This document shows positions 1 through 11,511 of a stretch of 64,000 nt of DNA, piece after piece (position 1 is the stretch's first letter; each line of letters starts with the position of its first letter). Made by a program: the position numbers and the translations under genes. This DNA is from Octopus vulgaris (lineage: Eukaryota): positions 71,734,001 through 71,798,000 of the forward strand of contig OX597820.1 of NCBI GenBank assembly GCA_951406725.2, read 5' to 3'. The notes under the pieces are model-generated. The model made no database searches. It was not told the origin of the DNA and was given only the letters and a program-made list of their open reading frames with translations.

Positions 1-315
1 TGCCCTTCCTAATGTCAACCACTCCAAGAGAGAACAGCTATGTTATCGTAGGAGAAAAAGAAAGGAGGGGGTGGTGCAAGGGTAAGAGAACATAAGAGAA
101 GATGTGATGGAACAAAAAAAAGAAAGGCTAATGCATATAATATCAATAAAATACTAATAATGATAATTGTAACAATAATTATACTAATACTACTAATAAT
201 GATATTTCGTTATTACTATCATTATTATTTTTATATCATTACTGCTATTTTGATTTTATGGCTTTTTATTGTTATTGGTGTTCTTTGTGTTGCTTTTATT
301 ATTTTGCATTGTCTT

Positions 316-328
316 ACTACTACTACTG

Positions 329-359
<31 letters not shown>

Positions 360-361
360 TA
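316..361. repeat. (ACT)n microsatellite
   Basis: Run of actactactactgctactactact...; it explains the poly-T and poly-V ORFs 160..555 and 231..458. Confidence 0.9.
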
Positions 362-374
362 TTATGATGGTCTG

Positions 375-860
375 CATTGGCAGACAAACATTAGCCTCTT
401 TCAAGTCTTTGATCATATATAAGAGTGAGGAGCTTAATAAGCAAAGTAAGCAAACCACTTTGTCATTTGGACATTTGTGTTACCAATGCCTTCTCAAACA
501 GGAACCTTTGCATTTTAATGAAGATCAACATTTACCAAACTGTCTGAATATATGAGTGCAAAAGGTGGCGGCTTTACAGAAAACCAAATCAGAACACTAC
601 AAGCTTTGTATAAGGTATATCATTGTATAAAGTATATCAATGCAGTCACTTGGAAAGGCAACAATCTCTCATACAGAAATTGTCAAGCATACCTTATCTA
701 TTAGTTTCCAAGCAAAGGTCATGAAGAATATTCTCTGCTGGACCAGCCACATAATCCAGATGGAGCAGTCCTATTGCCAAGAATAGTACAATAGTATTCT
801 TTGGTGAGCTAACAAAGAGCTCTCATCAATGTGATGGTTTCTGAGAAATGGTGTCACATA
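375..860 (+). mobile_element. Highly decayed RTE-type LINE ORF2 C-terminal relic
   Basis: Broken frames give 'SFGHL', 'CWTSHIIQMEQ' and 'IVFFGEL', resembling the RTE post-RT motifs (KAxxAFGxL, LRWxGHVxRM, LPKxxxxGEL). Confidence 0.45.
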
Positions 861-895
861 TACATACTAATTTGGTATGTGATGGAACATAAATG

Positions 896-952
896 GCGGT
901 GCCCCAGCATGGCCACAGCTCATAAGCTGAAACTAGAATCAATCAATCAATC
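896..952 (+). mobile_element. Isolated LINE/SINE 3' tail (GGTGCCCCAGCATGGCC + hairpin + (AATC)n)
   Basis: ggcggtgccccagcatggccacagctcataagctgaaactagaatcaatcaatc matches the 3' end of the SINEs at 27502 and 33646. Confidence 0.65.
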
Positions 953-1034
953 ATAAGATGGAGAGGGCAATGTTGTTGGATTGATGGATAGTCATAATAT
1001 GTGTGCATATACATACATATGTATATGTCTCTAA

Positions 1035-1070
<36 letters not shown>

Positions 1071-1380
1071 AAACTAAATGAGAAGTTGTTTTACATCAAC
1101 ACAAATTTCTGCCATCCAGCCATAGGCATCAACAATGGAATTTTTTAGAAACTTCTGTCGACCTTTTTTGGAGTAGTATGCGTACTGTGAAAAATTATAA
1201 TGGTTATGGACTATGTGTCTAATTTTCGGCATATTTGGCACTAGAAAATTTTTTGGTTTGCCCTCATTTATAAGTTGTTTATAAATTTAACCTTTAAAGG
1301 TATTTTTTAATATGCTGGCCATTGATAAAATTTTTTTTTGAAAAACATTTTATCCTACATTAAATATATATATATATATA

Positions 1381-1895
1381 AAGAATATGAGAGGTTTAGT
1401 TCACTGGTGATCTAAAATGGATAAGCTGTGTAAGTGCTATAATTGGTTATCCATTAGGTTCCAAGTTTACAGCTGAGACTGGAGCTAGGGATCCATAGTA
1501 AGCTTCCGAGATAGCAGGGATATATTAGAGTAATAAAGACAACAAAACCAAGGCAGGATGAGTATCTCAAGTCATTTAGAATATTTAAGTAGAGTAAGGT
1601 GAAATTGAAGTTATTAATTAATTATTTAGTTAATTAATTAATTAATCATTGGATTCTTACAGCTGTTTCTGGAATATCTCAAGTGATAGGTTGGCATCCT
1701 CATACACTGGGTATTCTGTCATCAGAGACAAGGTGAGTGTGTAGGAAAGTTCTCACAGAATTCACAGAAACAACTGTATGACATTTAATAATTAATTGAT
1801 TAACTAATTAATTAGCTAATTATTTCAAATTCACCTTACACTAATTAAATATTCTAAATGACTTGAGGTACTCATTCTATCTTGGCGTTGTGTTG
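1381..1895 (-). mobile_element. Inverted-repeat element with hammerhead-like core (Penelope-like pLTR remnant)
   Basis: Imperfect ~130 bp inverted arms at ~1540-1670 and ~1766-1895. The minus strand 1653-1730 reads tgtct-CTGATGA-long hairpin-GAAA-cagct-GTA-aga. Confidence 0.65.
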
Positions 1896-2108
1896 TGTTC
1901 TTGAGCAAAGCACTTAATTTCAGGTCAATCTGCAATCATTTCATCATGTGACACCTGTTGCACCTGTACAGGTAGTGTCAATTTGATGGAGGGAATGAGC
2001 TTATGTGTACACAAGCATTTGATCACTATAAACAAATCATCTGTGTGGTTGTTTGTTAAAAAATTTGTCAAACCCTCATACGTCACCTAACAACAGATGA
2101 CTCTATTG
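1885..2108 (+). mobile_element. SINE fragment (core and tail; head missing)
   Basis: Core 'tgttgtgttcttgagcaaagcactt' is shared with the SINEs at 7392, 26861 and 47424; ends at (TA)n. Confidence 0.55.
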
Positions 2109-2146
<38 letters not shown>

Positions 2147-2496
2147 TACTAAATTATTAGCAATGGAAGTAGTATTAGTACCAAAGGCCAATCTTTATAT
2201 TCAACTTAACATGGCCTTGAGAAATCCCCTCATATAAGCACATGGTACATAAAGGTATGGACAGGAACTGTAGCAGATAAGAATTGTCTGTTTCAGGCAC
2301 CTGCTGGTTATTTGCAATTTACATGTACTTTTTATCTACTATGTGCCTATATGAGAAGACCTCTCAAAGCCAATATTGCAGTATTCAATGTTCTAACAAG
2401 ACAACCATGTTAAGTTGGATGTAAAGATATATATTTTTATACCTCTGTCTACATATGTAAGCCTATGTATGCATGATACACATACACACACATAGA

Positions 2497-3210
2497 TGAG
2501 GGACAGTCAAAAATTATATGCACTCTTGTTTTTTCCACATATTTACTCAAAAGCAGGGGATAATCGAATACGTCATTTTTATATATAGTCCCCTTTCTTT
2601 TTGATGCACTTAGTCCAACAGTCCACAAGCTTGCGTATTCCCTCCAAGAAGAAGGTTTTCGGTTGGTCATGCAACCATTTATGCACCACTTCCTTCACAT
2701 TGTCATCCATAAGAAATTGATGGCCTCATAAACCATCTTTGAGTGGTCCAAAGATATGATAATTGGAAGGTGCAAGATCTGGACAGTAAGCAGGGTGTTT
2801 CAGCACCTTAAAACCCAATTGGTTAATGGTTTCAATGGTCTGGATGGCTGTGTGTGAGCACACATTGTCATGTGACAACAAAACTTCCTTTGACAATAGA
2901 CTTTAGCATTTAGTGTGAATTGCTGGCTTCAGTTTGTTGACCAGCAAAGCACTGTATATTGCACTGTTGATCGTACACCCCTTTTCTAGAGAAATCAGAT
3001 CACTGCTCTTTGTTCTTCTTTGGTGCACATTGCCAGTGGAGTGACCATGTTTGCATTGTAAAGCCAGATAGAAAAATGGTGTAATCAAGCTCAAATTTTG
3101 ATCATGTGACCACAATAGTACCAACTATAAGCATGCATGTACAGAAGGCAGTGTGACAATAATAACGATATGTTATGGTGAAAGAGCAGATAATCTTTGA
3201 CTTCCCCTCG
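2497..3210 (-). mobile_element. Internally deleted mariner transposon
   Basis: TIRs tgagggacagtcaaaaattatatgc / gcagataatctttgacttcccctcg followed by TA. Minus-strand translation HPAYCPDLAPSNYHIFGPLK...FFLEGIRKLVDCWTKCIKKKGDY is a mariner transposase C-terminus. Confidence 0.85.
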
Positions 3211-4484
3211 TATACATATAATTAAGATAAACCAAGTAATGATAATTTGAATGCATTTAATATGTATGTTTCAGATAATTGTGCAGTGGATAAAAAAAGA
3301 TTCACTTCTTATGCAAAGTCTTCCTCAGCTAAAATGTATCAAAATATCAAATATATGCATGCACACACACACATGTGTATGTATGTACGTAATGTATATC
3401 TATGTGTGTGTGTATTATCAAAATATATCAAGTAGATTATATGTTTGCCTTATAATCAACAATTTTTTTCTATTATTACCATGGAAAACTTCAGGAACAT
3501 AAATCCAAGTGAAGAATGCTAAACAACTTCATCTTTATGGTTGTATAACATTCCTTGTGGACAGTGAAAAAGGGTATTTTGGTTGTGCTGGACAACAGTA
3601 TTTTCCTCAGTAGATTTTACATCTATGTGGATATCCACTGTCATATTAACATGCTGCAAATTTGGTGTAGTATCTTGATCCTGTTATATATTTGCAGCAA
3701 AGATTGATATTTCTAAATTTTTATTTGTGGATGTTTGCTTTCTGAATTCTTATAACTTTATTGTTATCATTAGGCAGGTTATTAATTTTTCTTTATCCAC
3801 CACAACAGATAGATTGTTCTCACCATTTTTACATATGATGTTAGCATTACTTTTATAATCTCTGGAGCTGTTTTCAATTTTCTGTTAGGCACACATCAAT
3901 AAAAAGTACTTATCTATTGGTTCTTACTTTTTACCCCAGAGGATATCTTGAAGTTTGTCAGCTATTTTTATTATGTTTTTATCTCTGGTTTTCTCTGAGG
4001 ACTAGTAGTTTGAATTCCCCTTGTCTTTCACTTTAGGTCATATTTCCAATAAAACCAGAAATTAGTACCAAGGTTGAGAACTTAAAACCAAGTTTATCCA
4101 AATGTTAAATTATATAAGCAAAAATCTTGGGTAGCTATGGGTTCTCTACTAAGTCACATTTTTGTTATATTCTACATGTTCACAATATAAGCCAAATGAG
4201 ACCAATGCATAATTATATAATATATGATAATTATGTTAACAATATACTTGTCATAATAAAAGTACTGAAAGATTTAATGAGATTAAAAGACAGCTTAATA
4301 TCAGGTCATCCCATAAGTTCTGTTCGATTTTACCTTTTTTAAAATTGAATGAAATTTAATAGTATTTTAGAATATCTAATGGAATTAAAGATCATTTGTA
4401 TGCATTTGTATACATTTAAACTAATTAAATATTATTTTACAGAATGATAGAATTACAATTTCTTTGATTAAAACCCTTTCTAAC

Positions 4485-5552
4485 ATGGAAGTATCCAAAG
4501 AGCATTTGAGGCACATAATGCTTTATGAGTACGAAAAAGGAAACTCTGCAGCCGAAGTGACTCGAAACATACACTCAGTTTATGGGAAAGAATGCTTGAA
4601 TGAAAGAACTTGCAGAAGATGGTTTGCAAAATTCAGAAGTGGAGATTTCAGCCTTGAAGATGAAGATCGAACAGGACTTCCAGTTAAGTTTGATGATAGG
4701 CCCCTTGAGACATTACTTAAAGAAAATCCTGCATTACCAGTTGAAGAATTGGCAATAAGTTTAGTTCAAACCATACAACTGTTCATCATCATCTTCAACA
4801 ACTTGGAAAGGTTCCTAAACTTGGAAAATGGGTGCCTCATGAATTGTCCGAAAGCAACCACAAATCCCAAGTTGACATCTGCTCTTCTCTCCATTATCGC
4901 AAACTCATTTCACCTTTTTTGGATAGACTTGTGACTGGTGACAAAAAATGGATCTTCTATTGAAGTGCCCCAGCATGGCCGCGGCCTTCGGGCTAAAACA
5001 TTTTTAAGGATTTAAGGATCGTAAACAGTGGCTTGGTAAAAGGGGAAAAGCTCAACTATGACCAAAAAGGGAACTTCATGGGAAAAAGGTTCTTCTCTCT
5101 ATCTGGTGGGATTGCAAAGGAGTAATTCACTTTGAATTGTTACCACCTAATGCAACAATCAATGCTCAAGTCTACTGTTAGCGATTAGAGCATTTGTACC
5201 AAGCTTTGAAGAAAAGACCTGCTTTAGTGAATCGAAAAGGGGTGATGTTTCACCAGGACAATGCGTGACCCCACACTGCAAGGATCACATCACAGAAGAT
5301 CGATGAACTTGGTTGGGAAAAAATTACACAGCCACCTTATTCTCCTAATCTTGCTCCTTCAGACTACCATTTGTTTCATAGTTTACAGAATCATTTGGGA
5401 ACATAACTTTCACAAGCCAGGAGGAGGTCGAAACTGACATTTCATAGTTCTTTGCATTGAAACCAAAAGAGTTTTACATTGATGGGATTAAAAAGCTTGT
5501 AAATAGATGGAAGGAAGTCATAGATAATCAGGAAAAGTACATTGAGGATTAA
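4485..5552 (+). pseudogene. Mariner transposase pseudogene
   Basis: MEVSKEHLRHIMLYE...WFAKFRSGDFSLED (HTH), WVPHEL, VTGDKKW, FHQDNA*PH-(34 aa)-YSPNLAPSDYHLF; contains frameshifts, stops and a ~55 bp insertion. Confidence 0.93.
4964..5019 (+). mobile_element. Retroposon 3'-tail fragment nested in the mariner
   Basis: gtgccccagcatggccgcggccttcgggctaaaacatttttaaggatttaaggat interrupts the transposase right after KWIFY. Confidence 0.7.
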
Positions 5553-6146
5553 ATTTCAATTAAATATAACATTAGATCATTGTATTCTTTATTCAAACTT
5601 TGGACAGAACTTATGGGATGACCTGATAGTTTAATAAACAAATGTTTTAAAATTCAATACCCAGAATAGTTTCAATAAAAGTCTTAGGGATACTTTAATT
5701 CCATTTCTAGACATAAACTTTGAGATAAAAAAAAAAACAAAAACATATTACATCCTCTCCTTGTACACTAAAACCTCCAGTATCTACTTATGCTTACATA
5801 GAGATAGGGAATATCTACATAAATATTAAATATCTGTAGTGAAATTTTTACATTGATGAATATTTTACCTTTTCCATAAAACACCACACAGAGAAATCTA
5901 AAGACAAAAACAAACAGGTATCAGCAATATGTATTTAAACAAGCTGGTAGACCAGACTACAAATAATACAGAAACAAATTCAAAGAGACAAATGCATCAG
6001 GCACTACACAGTAATAAGATAAAAATCACACATAGCATGTATTATTTAAATATATTCTAGCTATACTAAATCTGTGGTTTTTAATCTGGGGAGTAGCTCC
6101 TTATATGGGCATTGTAAGATCACAATGTGGCAGAAAATTCTGATAT

Positions 6147-6802
6147 AAGAGGGTGTTGTGGAAGCCATGTGATTTGGATTCAATCTTACAGTACAATAAC
6201 TTGGACATGTGCTTTCTGCAATAGCTGACCAAAACTTTGTGAGTGGATTTGGTTAATGGAAACTGAAGGAAGTCCATTGTGCCTAAATATACATTTATAT
6301 ACATATGAGGTGTTGAAAAGTTCCTGGCTTTAAGAGTATCGGGGAAAGTCCTGGTTAGAGGCCCAGCCTTCCAAGTATTTTATCAGGGCTTAAGAAAATA
6401 AAAAGACTGCTGCAGTAAGTGTGTGAATCTGAGAGGGAAATATGTTGAATAAAATCATAATAAACTGATTCTCCTGTATTTTCTTTTACCAAAAGCCAGA
6501 AACTCTTCAGCGCCCTTTTGTACATATGCATGCGTGTACAGTATACACCTATGTAATTGTGTCAATTAAGTCAAACCTTTTCTTGTTATCACATGATGAT
6601 TGTAATTAGATGTCAATGTTACACAAGTGACATCTTCCATTTCAAATCCGCAAAAAACATGTCTGACCATGAAGAAATATTTTCTTGCTTAGAAACAGGC
6701 AATAACGACAGATATTTGACCATAGAAATTTGACTCAATATACTTTGATTGCCCCATGCAAGCATGGAAAGTGGATATTGAAATGATGTTAATGATGATG
6801 AT
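6147..6802 (+). mobile_element. Decayed SINE with RTE-like (GAT)n tail, split by a MITE
   Basis: 5' part 'ttgtgagtggatttggttaatggaaactgaaggaagtcc' matches the 27502 family; 3' part ends 'catgcaagcatggaaagtggatattgaaatgatg...gatgatgat'. Confidence 0.55.
6306..6520 (+). mobile_element. Mariner-derived MITE
   Basis: TIRs tgttgaaaagttcctggcttt / aaagccagaaactcttcagcg with TA flanks; retains the transposase end KCVNLRGKYVE*. Confidence 0.8.
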
Positions 6803-7391
6803 AAAGTCCTAATCTTTTATGGTAATTTCCACGAAATTTTCACAAGGGGCACGAGTCAATGCCCATATCTAAAAAGAAAGCACATACTAGAAGAGATAGT
6901 GCAGGCAAATATTGATAACAAATCACTGCACAAAATTAGCTTCTATTTGCTTAATGTAAGCTCTCTTTTTGTGATGTTTTTCGATTTTCTACTCCAAAAT
7001 ATGAGAAAGGTTTTTTCTTCTGAAACCTTATTCAGTGAAAAAGCAAGCTGCTTTACAAGTTTGGAATAACTGCAGTAGATGAATGCAATATGAAAAATTC
7101 ATAAAACTGAGTGCAAAAAGCATTGCATACAAACCATCTTTTACTACAAAGAGTAAAAGAAAAGAAAAAACTTTCTTTCAGTAAGAAAGCACATACTTTA
7201 AAGTCTATGAACATGTTGCAAGTGAGAAATGTTATTTACAAATTAGATTTTCACTTTGAAAGGTGTAAAGTAATAAAGCCACTACTCTAGTAACCATATT
7301 GGTCATACAACTATAAGTGTCCTAGTGGCCTACTATGTATGCACATATTACACACACACATGCACGTGTGTACACACACACACACATGCAT

Positions 7392-7701
7392 GCATATGGC
7401 TCAGCAGTTAGAGGGTCACGCTCACAATCATGGGGTAGTGAGTTTGATTCCTTAACTGGGTTGTGTGTTGTGTTCTTAAGCAAGACGCTTCATTTCACAT
7501 TGCTCCAGTTCATTCAGCTGTAGAAATGACTTACAAAGTCACTGGTACCAAGCTGCATCAGCCCCTTTGCCTTTCCCTTGGATAACATCTGTGGCATGGA
7601 GAGGAGAGGCTGATATGCATGGGCAGCTGTTGGTCTTGTGCCTCAGAGGGTAATTTTCTAGGTGCAATCTCATGGTCATTCATGACTAAAGGGAGTCTTT
7701 A
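7392..7701 (+). mobile_element. tRNA-derived SINE (core 'gagcaagacacttcatttcacattgctccagt')
   Basis: A-box-like tggctcagcagttag, B-box-like gagtttgattcc; collinear with the minus copy at 26861-27195. Confidence 0.8.
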
Positions 7702-7706
7702 CTCTT

Positions 7707-7749
<43 letters not shown>

Positions 7750-7844
7750 GTGTGTGTGTGCACGCATGTGTGTATACATACACATATATTTACATACATA
7801 TATATATGCACACATACTTATGCATATATATATATATATATATA

Positions 7845-8938
7845 CCAGATTCTATTTTCACATTTCAAGCTTTGATAAATGGTTCCAACAAATGACATGC
7901 AAAAGTATATCCCATCAAATTCTTATTGTCTGCTGCCATCATTGTGCCAGAAGCTCAAATCCACACTTATACCATTTGGCTGGTTTGGAAGTAAAATCTC
8001 CATGCACCCATTTTTAACCTCATCCACATTGCTGAACCTCTGTCCTTGCAAGAAATGAGCCATGGCTTAGAAAAGGTGGTTATCTGATGTTGCAAGGTCT
8101 GGACTATAAGCAGGGTGAAGTAGCACTTCCAGCTTCTCAAGTTTGTGCATAATCACATTGGCTGTGTGTGCTGGGGCTTTGTCATGCTGTAAGAGTGCAT
8201 GTCTTTGACCAATGCCAGGTAGCCAGCTTTCAAAGCATCATATATTCACTACAGTCGTTGGACGTAAAGGTTAGTGCTCACAGCATTACCACCTAGGACA
8301 AGCTCAAAGTACAACAACCTCCAAAATTCCATCAAACATGCATGACTTTCTTTGACAACAGGTTCTGAAGCCTGACAAGAAAGAAGCTACTGATTTCTCT
8401 TATAAGGATTACAAAAATAGATCCATTTTCCATCCCCAGTTACAATGCAGTTCCTAAGTATTTGCCAACAGTTGTTTGCTAAATTTCATACATTGTTGAG
8501 CTTGGTCATTGGACAGTTCATGAGGAGCTTCTATACAGCATCTGTTCCCAAGGCTTATGGAAATATCAATTAATGGTACTTTGTAAAGGACCAAGTTCTG
8601 CCAACAATGTATGAGTGCTTGTGTTTGGCTGTTACCTTCCTTGAGACATCTGACCCAGTTTTGGACCACATGCTCATTTACAGTTCCTGGGCCTTCCACA
8701 TCATTAAATTTCTTTTGCTGTTTCCCTTGCGCTCAGTCACTGTTTTCACAAGTTGCATAAAATGACTATTCAATTCTTTCACCACGCATTATCAGAGCTG
8801 TAAAATAATTAATAAACAATTAACGTTTATATCTTGATAAACAATTCAGCAACAATTTGACTAGTTGTATCAAATTTATGATATAACATAAAGATACAAG
8901 TTCAGTGTAAATCTGAAAAAACTTTTGACTCAACCTGG
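7845..8938 (-). mobile_element. Decayed mariner transposon
   Basis: Minus strand LHPAYSPDLATSDNHLF...FSNVDEVK and HTH 'GTVNEHVVQNWVRCLKEG'; ends TA-ccag...ctgg-TA. Confidence 0.85.
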
Positions 8939-8966
8939 TATACATATTTGTAGATGTATTCATATA

Positions 8967-9645
8967 CAAAATAATGGAAACACCTTAAAATTTCAAACAA
9001 ATTATTTTAATATAGGGTAGGACTACCTTTGGAAGTAATTACAGCTTGAATTCTATGAGGTATGGACTTGTACAAAGTTTGAATTTTTTCCAAAGGAATT
9101 TTTATCTATTCTTCAGCTAAAACAGTCTCCAGTTCTTATAGTGATGATGGTGAAGGATATCGACTCCTTACCTGTTTTTCTAAAATGCACCATAAATGTT
9201 CAATAATACTGAGATCTAAGGACTGTGGTGGCCAGATAAGATGTTCAACTTCACTAGAATGTTCCTCGTGCCATTCAGTGACAATTTTAGCTGTGTGAAT
9301 TGGTGCATGATATTTGGTTTTGTGCAGCTCCTGACAAACAGTTTTTGTGGAAATTAGGAAGCTGAGGGGTTCATTAAGGTCTGCAGTAATTTTGGGAGCA
9401 GTACTTTTGTGTTCCTTTCAAACAATTCGCATAAGAGTCCGACTGTCCCTATCTAAAAGTTTTGACTTTCTTCTGGAGTTTTGTTTTGATGAGGCAGTTT
9501 TTTCCTCTTTTTCAAAGGCTGTCATTACTTTTGAGGCAGTACTTCTTGATACACCAAACAGTTTGGCTGCTTTCATTATGCTAGCACCTGCCATCGAGCA
9601 CCAACAATTTGACCTCTTTGAAAGTCCGATAGAGCTGTCATTTTA
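8967..9645 (-). mobile_element. Internally deleted Tc1-like transposon (pseudogene 9641-9007)
   Basis: MTALSDFQRGQIVG...AAKLFGVSRST (paired-like HTH) joined to APIHTAKIVTEW...WPPQSLDLSIIEHLW...RIQAVITSKG; TIR-like caaaataatggaaacacc. Confidence 0.88.
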
Positions 9646-10108
9646 ATGAATTTTAATTACCTTTTTCTTTCTTTTCTACTATTTTATTCTCTTCTATTTA
9701 CTCTATATCGTTTCAACATTTCTCCCAGGTGTTACCCATTACAATGCATCTTGGCCTAATGGTCATTAATGTTTGTCTTTATTGTTTACTCTGTGCATCC
9801 ACTCTGTCATTTTTTGTTCTTTCAAAGCTCTAACTCTCCACAAATTTTATATTTTAAAAATTTCTGGATGCTGTTGTTTTATGAGAGTTTCCTATCTTGT
9901 CGTTGAAAGCTCAAAATGGGAAGTAATTAATAGTCGGCAACTGAGGAAGGGGTTAGGCTTCTTTTTGTATTTTGTCCCGTACTTGTCTCTCATTATGTGT
10001 TTATGTAAGTTTCACTCATTGGTGATGTCCTGTACTTGATGTATGTTATATTTATTTATTTATTTATAATCAAACCCCATGCAGCCTTGTCCACATCAAG
10101 TTTTTACT

Positions 10109-10167
<59 letters not shown>

Positions 10168-10308
10168 GGTAAGAAGCTTATTACCCAACCACATGGTTCT
10201 GAGTTTGGTCTTGCTGCATGGAATCTTGGGCAAGTGTCTTCTACTATAGCCTCAGGCCAACCACAGCCATGTGAGTGGATTTGGTAGATGGAATCTGAAA
10301 CAAGCCTG

Positions 10309-10366
<58 letters not shown>

Positions 10367-10676
10367 CTTTTATCTTGTACAAGTTTCAGTCATTAGATTG
10401 TAGCCATGTTGGGGCACTACCTTGATATGTGATATATGTATATATTTATGTGTGTGTGTCTTTGTGTCTGTGTTTGTCCTCCATCACCACTTGACAACTG
10501 GTGTTGGTGCATTTACAGCCCCATAACTTAGCAGCTCAGCAAAAGAGACTGATAGTATAAGTGCCAGGTTTTAAAAAAGAAAGTCCTGGTATTGAATTGT
10601 TCAATCAAAACCTCTCAAATCAGTGCCTCAGCATGACTGTAGTCAAAATGTCTGAAAGAAGTAAAAGATAAAAGAT
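10168..10676 (+). mobile_element. tRNA-derived octopus-type SINE with internal microsatellite
   Basis: Collinear with the 27502-27920 copy; contains an inverted SINE tail at ~10366-10425. Confidence 0.8.
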
Positions 10677-10689
10677 ATATATATATGTA

Positions 10690-11511
10690 CAAGGTGCAGT
10701 GGATAAATTGACACCATTTTATATTTCTAATTTCATGCATGTGCATTGTTTGTTTTTGTTTTGTCAACTACACAGTATAATGGGTTGGTTGGGCATCGTC
10801 TATGAAGAAAACAGCACCATGACACAATTCTGCCAGAAATTTGGAAGCAGCATGCTGTACTGCTTGACATTCACATTGGAAACTCAGTACATGTCTGAGG
10901 ACATGTATCGAGAGTGATAAAAATCAAACATCCATGGTGTTTGGAGTGATCACCAGTAGTGATGATGTTATGTCTCCATTCATCTTCCCACATGGCTTCA
11001 CACAGAGGCCTACATCAAGTGCTTGGAGGAAGTAGTACTGCCCTGGGTGAAGAGAGTGGCTGCTGGAAGATCCTATATCTGGCAACAAGACTCTGCACCA
11101 TGCTACACAAGTACGAGAACCCAATCATGGCTGTCAAACAATTTCTGCGACCACATCATCCTTGACATCTGGCCACCTAACTCCTCATATTGCAACCCTA
11201 TTGATTATTATGTGTGGGTCACAATTGAGCAAGAGACCAATAAAACTCCTTGTAACATCAAAGATTAACTAAAGGCAAGGATTGTGGCAGCATTTACCAA
11301 CTTAAACAATACCGTCCCGAAGATTTGCAGGAGATTCCAAAGTTGTCTGTAGGCCCTGATTGAAGCCAATGGCAATTTTGTTGAACAAATTTACTCTTTA
11401 GTATTTCAAGTTATTTTTATGTAGTTTTGGTAAATATATCTTTTAAAATGAGATGTCAGTGTTACTTTCATTTTTGTGTAATTTAGATGACAGTTTATAC
11501 ACTACACCCTG
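10690..11511 (+). mobile_element. maT-type (DD37D) Tc1/mariner deletion derivative
   Basis: TIRs caaggtgcagtggataaattgaca / tgacagtttatacactacaccctg with TA flanks. WQQDSAP...WPPNSSYCNPIDYYVW has 37 residues between the second and third catalytic Asp. Confidence 0.88.

Larger units (their letters stand above)
4301..5626 (+). mobile_element. Full-length mariner (D,D34D) transposon, inactive
   Basis: TIRs tcaggtcatcccataagttctgt / acagaacttatgggatgacctga, with TA TSD on both sides; ~1.3 kb. Confidence 0.95.

Noticed and set aside
160-555. 131-aa hydrophobic ORF resembling a membrane protein
   Set aside because: Built from (TAA/TTA/ACT)n low-complexity DNA.
9860-9960. GAAAGCTC and CTGAGGA motifs suggestive of a PLE hammerhead
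   Set aside because: The boxes are in the wrong order or corrupted, and convincing stems could not be drawn.
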